A stretch of 64,000 nucleotides of DNA, taken from assembly GCF_004010195.1 (NCBI RefSeq), contig NC_057760.1, positions 3,497,440 through 3,561,439 on the forward strand, in the 5' to 3' direction. Positions 11,501 to 23,764 of the stretch are shown here, piece after piece (position 1 is the stretch's first letter; every line of letters starts with the position of its first letter). The DNA is from Chiloscyllium plagiosum (Eukaryota). The translations under genes were made by a program, and so were the position numbers. A model generated the notes under the pieces. The model was not told the DNA's origin and did not search any database. It saw only the letters and a program-made list of their open reading frames with translations.

Positions 11501-14500
11501 ACTTGGTGCTGTGGAATTTGTCCATTCGAAACAATAGTCTGGGGAGTGACAAGGAAAACCTTTGACACTACTGCACTCGTAGGGGCAGTTGGACTGAGAT
11601 TACTTGAAGGGTTTGGTGATTTATTTTTGTGGATATTTGGAGGATGAGGAAGTTGATGCTGTGGAATTTGTCCATTGATGAGAGTATCTTGAGGCGAAAC
11701 ACTGAAGATCTTTAAGTATGTTATATTTGCAGGGGCAGTTGGACTGCGATTATGTGAAGTGCTTGGTGAACTAGTTTTCTGGATATTTGGAGTATGAGTA
11801 TAATGAAAGTGTGGAATTTGTCTACTCATAGAAGTAATTTGAGGAAGAGCATTGAAAACCCTTGTGGATACTATATTCAGGGGGGCTGTTGAAGTGGAAT
11901 TGTGTGAAGATTCTGAAGATAGTTTTTTCCCAGGGGCAGATGAGGTGTGATTATGGGAAGATTTGGAAGCTCGCTTATTCCCAGAACCAGATGGAGTGCG
12001 ATTATGGGAAGATTTTGAAGATCGCTTATTTCCAGGAGTGGATGGAGTGCGATTATGGGGAGACTTCGAAGTGCGTTTATTCCCAGAACCAGACTGAGCA
12101 CGATTATGGGAAGGTTTTGAAGATCTCTTGCTCCCAGACATGGATGGAGCACGATTATGGGAAGGTTTTGAAGATCTCTTACTCCCAGACACGGATGGAG
12201 CACGATTATGGGAAGATTTTGAAGCTTGCTTATTCCCGGATGCAAATGGCGGAGTGTGCTTTTGAGAAAGTTGTAAAGATCTCTTATATTGAGGGGCAGA
12301 ATGTATGTGACTGTGGTAAGGTGAAAATCTTGTATTTACAGTAATAGATGGTGTTGGAAAGTGGGAAAGTGAAACTCCATCTGGAGTATCGATATGAGGA
12401 AACCATGGGCTTTGTCCATCCATAGGATTACCCTGAAAAGGTCCAGGCAAAAGTGTTGAGGGTGCTGTATTCAGATGAATGTTTTGAGGAGAAGCAAGTG
12501 AAAGTTTCATGTTTTCAAGATTATGAGGATATGATGTGGGTCCTCCATTCATAGCAATATTTTGATTTAGACCGTGGGAAAGCACTGATGATCTTTTCAA
12601 GAAAGCATTTTGAAAAGCAGGATGGAAAACTCTTGATAGAATTCTGTTCCTAGAAGGATTTTGACTGGGCCCATGGAAAGTCACTGGAGAGATTCTGTTA
12701 AAAGGATCCTTATGAGGACTGAACAAAACTCTAGATTTTAAATTTTTGGATGCATCTTGAGTAGAACTGGGTGGAGATACTGAAAAACTGAAATTCATTG
12801 GTTCATCGTGTTTAAGGGCTTGGGAATAAATTGAAGAGCCCCTAATATTAGAATGAGGAGGTTCTGGAGAAGACCTTTTGCTAAGCTGAGATGTTTGATT
12901 ATGATTGTGGGAAATCATTGATGACTTTCTACTAACATATGTATTCAACTTCGGCATGTAGTGAGAAATTGAAGATTTATTATTTACAGGAACCTTTTGC
13001 ATAGGACTTTGGGATAATGTTGAAGGTTTGTTCCTGTGCAACATTGGTGTGGATATTCTTTGAGCAGGAATATGAAAGGACATTGACAGTCTTCTATTCA
13101 GAGAAGCGTGTTGGGTAGAAGTAAGGAAAATCATAAAAGATTTGCTATTCAAAGCAGAATTTGGAGTATGATTGTGAAAGGAGAATATCTGCGTCCCACT
13201 TTGGGGCACATTTTGTTTCGGCCTGTTGGAGGATGTCAGGGACCTGCTATTCCTAATGATGCTTTTCCCATTTGATGCAATTACATCAAGTTGTCTTAAT
13301 GCATTTTCAAGGATACCTACATCATTTTCATTGGGATTTCTTCGAGAAAACTCTTTTTTGGTTTCAATTAGAAGATTTTCCAGCTGCTGCACATTGGGCT
13401 CCTCTGATGTTGAGTTTGATAGCCCTTTTAACAATTTATTTGTATGTTTCAGCTCCTCTGTAACTTGTTTTTGACCTAGGATATTTTGGCTATCCAAGAA
13501 GCTCATGACTATATTACTCTGTGTCTCTCTATTAGGCAATCCCCTCTTTTGTTCAGCATGGTCATACTTGAGACTTCCATTATGAATGAAGAGACCTCTG
13601 ACTGATCCTTCATTCATTTCATTAATCAACCCCTGGCTTTGCTTTGGCTGCGTTGACCCTTGTTCTCTTTTGAAAGGTTTTTTTTCCAGTGTTACCTCTT
13701 TAGTAGTGCTTTGAGAAGTTTCTTCAGAAATTTCATTCTTTTCAGTCTTTGATAGTATTACATTCAACTGATCTAAGGCAGCTTTGATATTATTTATGTC
13801 ATTCGTGGTTGGTTTTCGTTTTGAGAACTGCTTGTCCAAATCGTTCATTAAATTTTCAAGAGAAGGTAAGTCAGAATTCTTTGTGATCTCTGGTAGACCC
13901 TGTGACAATCCCTGATTATCTTGCTGTGCTGATCTGTCTACTTTATATTGTTGCCCTAAGGATAGCTGATTATGAGAAGGAATGCTCGTTACTTGTTCAC
14001 TGATTAAAATTGGATTAAATATATGTTGATGGTGAAGATCTCCTTCAGGAATGATCAAACTCCTGAGCAGTCCTCTCTGGTGATTAGTTCTTGTATTTTC
14101 TGTGGTTGAGTCATTTTTTGGATGGATCTGTTGATTAATTTCTGTGTCATTCATGGCTAATGAGTGGCTTTTTAGAGGGTGAAGGCCTCCTGATTGAAGC
14201 AAATTTAGTGCAGTATTAATGTCACCCATGGTTACATTATGGCTTGTGGCTGGACTGTGTGAGCTATGTTTCTGAGATACTTTGGTAGTGGTGGGTGAGC
14301 CACGCCTTTGAGAAGGTTTGGTTACGGTAGATGAGCTATGATTCTGAGATTGGCTGGTTACAGTATGTAAATCATATCTCTGTGGTGATTTGGTAGTGGT
14401 AGTTGAGCCATGGTTTTGAGATGCTTTGGTTGTAGTTGGTGAACCATGTTTCTGAGGCAATTTACTTGTAGTAGGCGAGCCATGTTTCTGAGATACTTTG

Positions 14501-16307
14501 GTTGGGGTGGGTAAGCCATATTTCTGAGGTGATTTACTTGTCGTGGCTGAGCCATGTTTCTGAGATACTTTGGTTGGGGTGGGTGAGCCATGTTTCTGAG
14601 ATACTTTGGTTGGGGTGGCTGAGCCATGTTTCTGAGATACTTTGGTTGGAGTGGGTGAGCCATGTTTCTGAGATGGCTTAGTAGAATAAGGTGAACTATG
14701 CTTTGGAGATATCCCAGTTGGTGTGCCTGAACCATGTTTGTGAATTGGCTTGTTTGGAGTTGGTAAGATGTGTTTGTGAGATCCTTCTGTTGAAGTGAAA
14801 AGGTCAATTTTCTGAGATCCTTTGACTGAAGTGGATGAGACGTGTTCTTGAAGTATGTTGGTTGGTGTGTTTGAGCTACTATCTTGCTTAGATGCAGTAG
14901 TTGACATGGAAAAGGCATTTGGCTGAGGAACTGTAGCTGACATGGAGAAATCACCTTTCTGAGGAACTATGGTTGACGTGGAGAAACTACCCTTCTGAGG
15001 AACTATGGTTGACATGGAGAAATTACCTTTCTGAGGAACAATGGTTGATATGGAGAAATTACCCTTCTGAGGAACTATGGTTGACATGGAGAAATTACCC
15101 TTCTGAGGAACTATGGTTGACATGGAGAAATTACTTTTCTGAAGAACTGTAGCTGGCATGGAGAATTCACTGTGGTGAGGAACTATGCTTGATGTAAAGA
15201 CATTATTTTGCTGAGGAACAGTGTTTGACATGAAGGCGGCATTGTGCTGAGGAAATGTATTGAACATGAAGCCATTGTTGAGAGGTGCTGTGGTTGACAC
15301 GGGGAAGATATCTTGCTGAGGAGCTGTACTTGACTTGTAAAGGTTATCTGCCTGGGGAGTTTTGGTCGACTTGGAGAATTCATTTTTCTGAGGTCTTTTG
15401 GCTGAAATGGAGAAGGAATCTTTCTGAGGCGCTGTGATTAGAGAATGTGAGCCATATTTCTGAGGTTCTTTTCCAGTAGTCTTATTCAGAGTTGACAATG
15501 TTTGGGAGAACTTTGCAGTTGGAATCACATCATTACTAATGTGCTGAATGCTCTCAATTATGATTGACTCTTTCATTGAAAAGCCTGGCTTCAACTGGTT
15601 TGGGATATATTCTGTTTCTTTTTTCTGCGTGGGAGACTCTTTCGAAGCATTGGGAAGAGTATTAAGCATTGTTTTAACAAGACTTTCAAATGAAGAAAAT
15701 TCTTTTTCCTGCTTAGAAATGTTCTTGTGAATTGGGCCTGTTGACTTTTCGACCTGAGAGTGCCCACTCATGGTTTGTTCATGTGGGTAACTAGGGCTGC
15801 CTCCAGACTTTTTACTGACAGCTCCTTGGTTTTTCTTCCAAGAAGCCTCCTTTGATCCTTTTTCATTAAGTATTTTTTTACAGGTTGTTTCTATTTTGTT
15901 CCTTGTATCTGATGCTTCTTTTTGTGTCCTGTGAGCTTTAAACTTCAAATAGTCCTCAAACATTTGGTAAAAGAGCTGCAGTTCTTGTTCTACATCAGAT
16001 GGAGCATGAGGGGAATCCGCTGACTTTTCCGCATCAAGATCTGTGCCCAAAGCTTCAATGTCCAGATAAGGAAGACTATCACCTCTTATATTGCCTTTGT
16101 TTTGTGTCACATAAGGATCACTGTGCTTAGATTGATCAGATGTAGGTTGGAAATGGTCTTCCTTAGCTGTGTTATACATCAGGTCACCAGTGTCTTCTAA
16201 CATTTTTTCCAAATACAATGGCATAGTTGCATTTTTCACGTAAAAGTCAAAAATTATATCACCGAGTGATCCACTGTCACGTCTGAAGCGCCTCAAATCT
16301 TCTGGAA
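8548..16307 (-). CDS. Giant terminal exon (~7.76 kb, ~2,585 codons) of uncharacterised mucin-like/low-complexity repeat protein
   Basis: 2582-aa ORF; acceptor tatttctttctgatatag at 16308-16309, phase 1 (V-PEDLRRFRRDS); tandem arrays have periods of 36, 48, 51 and ~150 nt; no transposon insertions; 200-N gap at 9419-9618. Confidence 0.88.
9130..10016 (-). repeat. Coding minisatellite, 48-nt unit (NRTTNRSYSPTPNTPV)
   Basis: Near-identical units ggggtatttggcgtgggactgtaagaacggttagttgttctattgaca; >=14 units plus gap. Confidence 0.9.
10690..11880 (-). repeat. Coding repeat, ~150-nt/50-aa unit, 8 copies
   Basis: Consensus-like NIVSPKVFIVPPQDTLT-NRQIPQFHYTHIPNIQK-NSSPNPSHYPNPTA(S/F)M repeated. Confidence 0.85.
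11890..12240 (-). repeat. Coding repeat, 51-nt/17-aa unit (KRSSKPSHNRAPSxSG[S/N]), ~7 copies
   Basis: Direct reading of DNA and translation. Confidence 0.85.
14260..15470 (-). repeat. Coding repeats, 36-nt/12-aa units (MSTIVPQKGNFS then GSPTPTKVSQKH)
   Basis: Two homogenised blocks (~14900-15150 and ~14480-14700) within a longer degenerate 12-aa periodicity. Confidence 0.85.
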
Positions 16308-17614
16308 CTATATCAGAAAGAAATACAGGTTCAGTTTTCTGCCTCTAGATCAAGTTAAAGGTGAATCCAATTTTATTTTCAAACTAATCAACAATTAAAT
16401 ACTTGATGCCTTTCACAACTCAGGAAAATTGCATCCTTGGGTCAGTTGTTAATTTTAACTTTCATAGACTTGCTTACTCATAGACTGATAGACATTTTTA
16501 GCACAGGAGGCAGCCATTCAGTCCACCAGTCAACAAAAGATTTGACTCTACACAACCTTTTTTCCAACATTTGATCCAAAAGACCATAAGATATAGGAGT
16601 AGAGCTCGGCAATTCAGTCTATTGGGTGTGAACAGGGCAGATAGATTTCTCAACTCCATTCTCCTGCCTTCTCCATGGAATCCTTGATTCCCTTACTAAG
16701 ATTCTTGCTTAGATTTCACAGCCCTCTGCAGCAATGAAGTTCACAGATTAACCACCTCCTTGGCTGAGGAAATTCCTCCTCATGTCAGTTCCAAACAGTT
16801 GTCCCTTCACTCTGTGACTGTGCCCTGTAGTCTCTCCTATTAATGGAAACATCTTCTCCAAGTCCACTCTATTCAGGCCTCTCAGTATTCTGTAAGTTTA
16901 CAATGAGAACCACCCCCCCCCCCCTCATCTTTCTAAACTCCATTGAGTACAGACCCAGAGTTCTCAACTGCTCTTCATATGGCAAACCATTCACCCCCAG
17001 AATCATTCTTGGATACGTCCTCTGGAGCTCTTCCAATGCCAACGTGTCCTTCCTTAGATATGAGGCACAAAACTGCTCACATACATCCAAATGTGGTCTG
17101 ACTATAGCCTCTGCACCTGCGTTCTAATCCTCTTGAAATCAATGCTACCATTGCATTTGCTTTCCTAACTGCCAAGTGAACCTGAATGTTAACCTGAAAA
17201 CGACCCTGAACTAGAACACGTCTTTTTGTACTTCCAATTTCCAACACCTTTCCCAGTTTAGAAAATAGTCTCCAATTCTTTTCTTCCTACCAAAGTGCAT
17301 CTGTAAACATAGCAACAATATCCTCAGTACGTTAATCCAGATCGTTCATGTATAATGGAACTAGTTGTGGACCAACACTGACCCATGTGGAACTCTACTG
17401 GTCACCAGCTGCCATCTGAAAATGTCCTCTTTATCCCCACTCCCTGCTTTCTGCCAGTCAACTGAACTTTTATCCATGCCAGTACATTGCCCCTAACATC
17501 ATGGGCTGTTATTTTATTTAACAGCCTCTTGAGTGACATCTTGTCAAAGGTCTTCTGGAAGTCTAGATAGATCACATTCACTGGCTCTCCTTTGTCTAAC
17601 TTGCTTGTTATCTC

Positions 17615-18230
17615 ATAGAATCCCTACTATGTGGCAGCCAGGCATTTGGCCTGTTGACTCCACAGCGATCCTCTAAACAGCATTCCACTCAGACCCATTG
17701 CCCTACCTCATCTCTGTAACCCTGCATTTCCCATGGCTAACCCACCGAGACTGCATATCCCTGGACACACTATAGGGCAATTTAGCTTGGCCAATCCAAC
17801 TAACCTGCACAGGGTGGCACGGTGGCACAGCCTCAGGTGACTGACTGTGTGGAGTTTGCACGTTCTCCCTGTGTCTGCGTGGGTTTCCTCCGGGTGCTCC
17901 GGTTTCCTCCCACGGTCCAATAGATGTGCAGGCCAGGTGAATTGGCCATGCTAAATTGCCCATAGTGTTAGGTGTATTAGTCAGGGATAAATGTGGAGAG
18001 ATGAGTCTGGGGGGGTTGCTCTTTGGAGGGTCAGTTTGGATTTGTTGGGCTGAAGAGCCTGTTTCCTCACTGTAGGGAATCTAATCTAATCTATTGACTG
18101 TGGGAGGAAACCCCGCAGACACGAAGAGAATGTGCAAACTCTACACAGTCAGTTGCCCAAGGAAGCAATTGAACCTGGGTCCCTGGCGCTGTGAGGCAGC
18201 AGTGCTAAGCACTGAGTTACCCTTCCACCC
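17615..18230. mobile_element. Minus-strand HE1 SINE split by a plus-strand HE1 SINE (17812-18093)
   Basis: Minus copy halves at 17615-17809 and 18095-18230 join colinearly. Confidence 0.85.
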
Positions 18231-18994
18231 TCAAATAATTTCTTTGAAGAATTCTAACAAAAATGACGTCCCCTTAACCTAGCTGTGCTGACTCAGCCCT
18301 ATTGCCTTAATCTCATCATTAATAATGGATTCAAAATCTTACCAATGACTGAGGTCAGGCTAACCAGCCCATCTTTTCTGTCATCTGCCTCCTTCCTGTC
18401 TTAAACATGGTGTTATGTTAGCCATTTCTCCATCCTCTGGAACCCTCCCTGACTCCAATGATTTGTGAAAGAGCACCACCAATGTTTCTACAATGTCCTC
18501 AGCTATCTCCTTCAGAAATCTGGGTAGTCCATCTGGTCAGGATGATGAATCATTCAGACCTTTCAGTTTCCCCAGCACCTTCTCCAGAGTGAAGGTCACG
18601 ACACTCATCTCTGCCCCAACTCTCTTGAAGTTTATTAAAGAAAAGTCCCTATCTCTCCTCTATCATTTTTTTGTTCCCCAGTGCTGCTTCTGTAGCCTCA
18701 TTTTCCAACAGTCCAGTGTCCACTCTTGAATCTCTTTTATGTTTCTAAAACCACTCCTACAATATTCTTTTACATTACTACCTAGCTTAGCCTCATATTT
18801 CATCTTCCCCCACACCCAATTGATTTTTAGTTATTCTCTGCTGGTTTTTAAAGGCTTGCCAATCTTCCAGCTTTCCACCAATCTTCACCACACTATATGC
18901 TTTTTGTTTTGCTGTCAGGCTGTCCCTGGCTTCCCTTGTCATCCTCCCCCTTAGTATGTTTCTTCTTGCTGTGAAGGTGCCCAGTGTTTTACTG

Positions 18995-19310
18995 GGGTGG
19001 ACAAAGTCCGAGGTCACACGACACCATGTTCTTATTAGATTAGACTAGATTCCCTACAGTGCGGAAACAGGCCCGTCGACCCAACCAGTCCACACCGACC
19101 CTCCGAAGAGTAACCCACCCAGACCCATTTCCCTCTGACCAATGCACCTAACACTATGGGTAATTTAGCCTGGTCAGTTCACCTGTCCTGCACATCTTTG
19201 GACTGTGGGAGGAAGCCAGAGCACCCGGAGGAAACCCACGCAGACATACAGACCAACAGGTTTCTTTGAAATCGCAAGCTTTTGGAACGCTGCCGCTTCG
19301 TCAGGTGAAA
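18995..19310 (-). mobile_element. Penelope-like 3' fragment split by a truncated HE1 SINE (19036-19250)
   Basis: gtcacacgacacca...|...ccaacaggtttctttgaaatcgcaagcttttggaacgctgccgcttcgtcagg; matches 39150-39240 and 46800-46880. Confidence 0.7.
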
Positions 19311-20330
19311 AAACAAAATATATTCCTTCTTCCTTGGAATGAGGTTTTGCTGCGCTTTGTGAATTACCCAGAGAAACCCCTGCCATCGCTGTTCCACTGC
19401 CTTCCCTGCTAGGGTTAGGTTCCCCTTCCAATCAATTCTGGCCAGCTCCTCCTTCACATCTTTGTAGGTCCCTTTACTTCATTGTGATACCATTACATCT
19501 GATTCCATCTCCCTGTCAAACTGCAGGGTGAATTCCATCATATCATGGTTACTGTCCCCTAGGGGTTGGTTCACCTTAGGCTCCTGAATGAAGTCAGCCT
19601 ATTACATATGACCAAATGCAGAACTGCTTGATCCCTTGTGGGCTCTACCACAAGCTGCTCTGAAAAACTATCTTGTAGACATTCCACAAATTATTTTTCT
19701 TGGGATCTGCTACCAACTTGACTCTCCCAATCCACCTTCATATTGAAGTCGCCCATGATTATTATAATCTTGCCTTTCTTACATGCCTTGTTTATCTTCT
19801 GATTTATTTTCTTTCTGACTACTTTTCCATTAAGGTTCCTCAACTCTACCCGTATAGATTCTATGCATTTTGACTCTGTATCACTTCTTGCTAATGATTT
19901 AATTTCATTTCATATAAACAAGACAATGCTGCAAGCCCCCACCCATCCACTTGTCCTTTCGATAAGACTCATATCCTTGGCTATTTAGGTTCCAGCCCTG
20001 ATCTCCTTGCAGGCACGTCTTTGTGATACCCACAACATCATATCTGCCAATTTCAATCCTTGTTTCAAGCTGGTTTCATATACTGCATGCATTTAAATAA
20101 AACACCCTCAGTCCTGCATTGACCATGCCCCTTCTCATAATTGTCTCCTTATCTGTTGTGCCAGAAGTTAGACCCCTAACCCTTTCCATACGCTCTGTCC
20201 TCTTAATTGTTTTGGAAAATTTAATAATCTCTGCTGAGCCCTCCCCCTCCCCCTTTAATATTTTCCATAATTTTCCATGCGTCTAAATCTACCCCTCACT
20301 ATTTAGTTGAAAGCCCTATCCACAGCCCTA

Positions 20331-21985
20331 GAGTCATAGAGATGTACAGCATGGAAACAGACCCTTCGGTCCAACCTATCCATGCCGACCAGATATCCCA
20401 ACCCAATCTAGTCCCAACTGCCAGCACCCGGCCCATATCCCTCCAAACCCTTCCTATTCATATACCCATCCAAGTGCCTCTTAAATGTTGCAATTGTACC
20501 AGCCTCCACCACNNNNNNNNNNNNNNNNNNNNNNNNNNNNNNNNNNNNNNNNNNNNNNNNNNNNNNNNNNNNNNNATAGGAAGGAGACCAGAATTGCATG
20601 CAATATTCCAACAGTGGCCTAACCAATGTCCTGTACAGCCACAACAGGACCTCCCAACCCCTGTATTTAATACTCTGACCAATAAAGGAAAGCATACCAA
20701 CGCCTTCTTCACTATCCCATCTACCTGTGACTCCACTTTCAAGGAGCTATGAACCTGCACTCCAAGGTCTCTTTGTTCAGCAATACTCCCTAGGACCTTA
20801 CCATTAAAGTGTATAAGTCCTGCTAAGATTTATTTTCCCAAAATGCAGCACCTCGCATTTATCTAAATAAACTCCATCTGCCACTTCTCAGCCCATTGGC
20901 CCATCTGATCAAGGTCCTGTTGTAATCTGAGATAACCTTCTTCGCTGTCCACTACACCTCCAATTTTGGTGTTATCTTCAAACTTACTAACTATACCTCT
21001 TATGCTCACATCCAAATCATTTATATAAATGGTGAAAAGTAGAGGGCCCAGCACCGATCTTTGTGACACTCCACTGGTCACAGCCTCCAGTCTGAAGAAC
21101 AACCCTCCACCACCACCCTCTGTCTTCTACCTTTGAGCCAGTGTCTATGTCCAAATGGCAAGTTCTCCCTGTATTCTGTGAGATCTAACCTTGCTAACCA
21201 GTCTCCCATGGGGAACCCTGTCAAACGCCTTACTGAAGTCCATATAGATCACTTCTACTGCTCTGTCCTCATCAATCCTCTTTGTTACTTCTTCAAGCAA
21301 CTCAGTTAAGTTTGTGAGACATGATTTCCCACGCACAAAGCCATGTTGACTATCCCTAATCAGTCCTTGCTTTTCCAAATGCATGTACATCCTGTCCCTC
21401 AGGATTCCCTCCAACAGCCTGCTCATCACCGACGTCAGGCTCACTGGTCTATAATTCTCTGGCTTGTCCTTACCACCCTTCTTAAACAGTGGCACCACGT
21501 TTAGCAACCTCCAGTCTTCCAACACTTCACCTGTGATTATCGATAGAAATATCTCAGCAAGAGGCCCAGCAATCACTTCTCTAGCTCCCCACAGAGTTCT
21601 CGGGTACACCTGATCAGGTTCTGGGGATTTATCCACTTTTACGTGTTTCAAGACATCCAGCACTTCCTCCTCTGTAATCTGGACACTTTTCAAGGTGTCA
21701 CCATCTATTTCCCTACATTTTATATCTGCCATATCCTTTTCCACAGTAAATACTGATGCAAAATACTCATTTAGTATCTCCCCCATTTTCTGCGGCTCCA
21801 CACAAAGGCCGCNNNNNNNNNNNNNNACCCTCAATTTCTTTAGTCATCCAGCATTCCCTACACCTACCAGCCTTCCCTTTCACTCTGATACTTTCTCTGG
21901 ATTCTTGTTACCTCATTTCTGAAGGCTTCTCATTTTCCAGCCGTCCCTTTATCTGCGAACAGCTGCCCCCAATCAGCTTTTGAAA
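20331..21985 (-). mobile_element. Younger HER1/CR1 LINE, RT region to 3' tail
   Basis: ORFs 21145-21834 (NYRPVSLTS, QHGFVRGKSCLTNL, YMDFSKAFD), 20863-21102 and 20408-20695; gagtcataga tail; two small N gaps. Confidence 0.92.
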
Positions 21986-21999
21986 CTTAAGTGATTTGC

Positions 22000-23510
22000 C
22001 AGGACCCTGGTTCCAGCATGATTCAGCCCAGCCAGAGCCCATGGCCCTATTGATAGACAAGTGTTTAAATACTATTTAAATGCTGCAAGAGTTTTTGACT
22101 TAAGCAGCCTTTCAAAAAGTGAGTTCCATGGGACTCCCATTGTATGAGTCAAAAGTTTGATCTTCAACTCTTTGCCTATTCTACCTCTCATCTTAAAATT
22201 GTGGCTCTAAAATGGACAAAGTGCCTTTCTATCCATCTATGCCCTCATAATCCTTGATATCCCTCTCCAGCTCTCAACTTCTACTGACTCAAGGGAAACA
22301 GTACCAGCAGTACCAACCACTGAGCCACTGAGCCACTGCTATCATATGGTGACCAGAACAGCAAGTAGTATTCTAGTTGTGGCCCAACCAGCCTTTTAAA
22401 GAGTTGCAGCATAATCTTGTTGCTTTTGTATTCTATGCCACGGCTAATAAAGGAAGCTATCCCGCATGCTGTTTTAATTCACTGACCATGGTATCTTCAG
22501 AAATCTGTGGATATAAACACCAAACGTACCTTCTGTCACTAAAACATCCCACTCCCATCACCCTCTGGATCCAATGTGCCAGTCTGTCTCAGTTCCCGTG
22601 GGCTCTTTCTTACTTGACCAGTGGACCTGATGGGGAAAGCCCTGCTAAAGTCATATCAGATACATTTTCCTCATCAATACTCCTGATTACTTTTGCATAA
22701 ATTTGACCAAATCTGTGAAACAAATTAACAAATTCATGGTAACTATCTCTGATTAAACCATATCTTTCCAAGCGCAGATATATTCTGGCCCTCAGAATTC
22801 ATTCTAATAACTATGCCATGAGTACTTGACTGTCTGGTTTAATCTTGCCAGGTCTATCTCTTCCTCTCAGCTTTTTTTTAATTACTTTTTCTTTCTCTCT
22901 CTCTCTCTCTATATCGAGAAGTGCTATCATACAACCAAAAGCTTTTCCCACCAACAAATCACCTGGCAATTTCCTCTAGTGGCCACCACCATTGAGTCAC
23001 CCTTTGTTTCTAATTGATATATTTGCATGCAAAGGCCATTAAGAGCAATGCAGACCATGGAAGACAAGGGAGACAGACTCAATCAAAAATGGAGTTGGAA
23101 GGGAACATAAAACACTCTATCCCTCCATAGAAATCAAGAGTATTATAGGCACCATCTCCAAGGACACCTGGGCACAAACATAACCACAGAAGCTTCCTCC
23201 CGTGTTCAATAATGAGTCTTTAATGGTCCTCCAGTCCTCTGGCAGCTAACCTGTGACAGGGAGGATTTGAAAAAATACTGTCAGGGCCTCTAATTAAACT
23301 CCTGCCTTGGTTTCCTCAACAGCCTTGGATACACAACATGCAGCCTGTGGATTTATCCACTCTCAAGGCTGCTAAACCCAGTAGTTCCTCATTATTCTCT
23401 ATGCTAATTTCTTTTAATATTTCACAGCCTTTCTCCCTGATGTCTAAACCTGTGTCCTCCTTTTCCAATGTGACGACTGACTGATTATTGTCTCCATTAA
23501 ACAAGAGTTG
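22000..23510 (-). mobile_element. Old CR1 LINE fragments
   Basis: Decayed RT motifs (e.g. ORF 23316-23504 LRVDKS). Confidence 0.6.
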
Positions 23511-23764
23511 TTAAAGCAATATGGAACAAAAACAAAGATAGGATACAGATCAACTATAATCATTTTGAAAGGCAGAATCAAAGTGAGAGGCTAAATGACT
23601 GACTCCTGTTTCCATCCTGCCTAACTATAGTACTGTACTCTGAATTTCCCCAAGACCACAAGATTAAGCTTTAGTTAGGTTATTTGCAGTTAATTAACTG
23701 AATATGGATTACACACTCTGTAAGTTAACTGAATTGGATTGTTTAGTCCGGTAATGAGCTCAGT

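Larger units (their letters stand above)
16585..20330 (-). mobile_element. Long decayed CR1 LINE with nested insertions
   Basis: 3' tail accataagatataggag at ~16585; RT (ORF 16869-17090) and endonuclease-like remnants; interrupted at 17615-18230 and 18995-19310. Confidence 0.8.

Noticed and set aside
11862..14954. Overlapping or antisense ORFs within the giant exon (11862-12344, 11877-12245, 14358-14954)
   Set aside because: Shadow frames kept open by stop-free tandem units.
9620..15150. CRISPR-like arrays
   Set aside because: Repeats are contiguous with no unique spacers, lie in a coding frame, and the DNA is eukaryotic.
8548..16307. Coagulation factor V/VIII B-domain exon
   Set aside because: A giant repetitive glycosylated exon is reminiscent, but no cupredoxin A-domain or discoidin exons flank it and it ends in a stop.
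21145..21834. Active LINE reverse transcriptase gene
   Set aside because: Split over several frames with stops and gaps; annotated as a defective mobile element.
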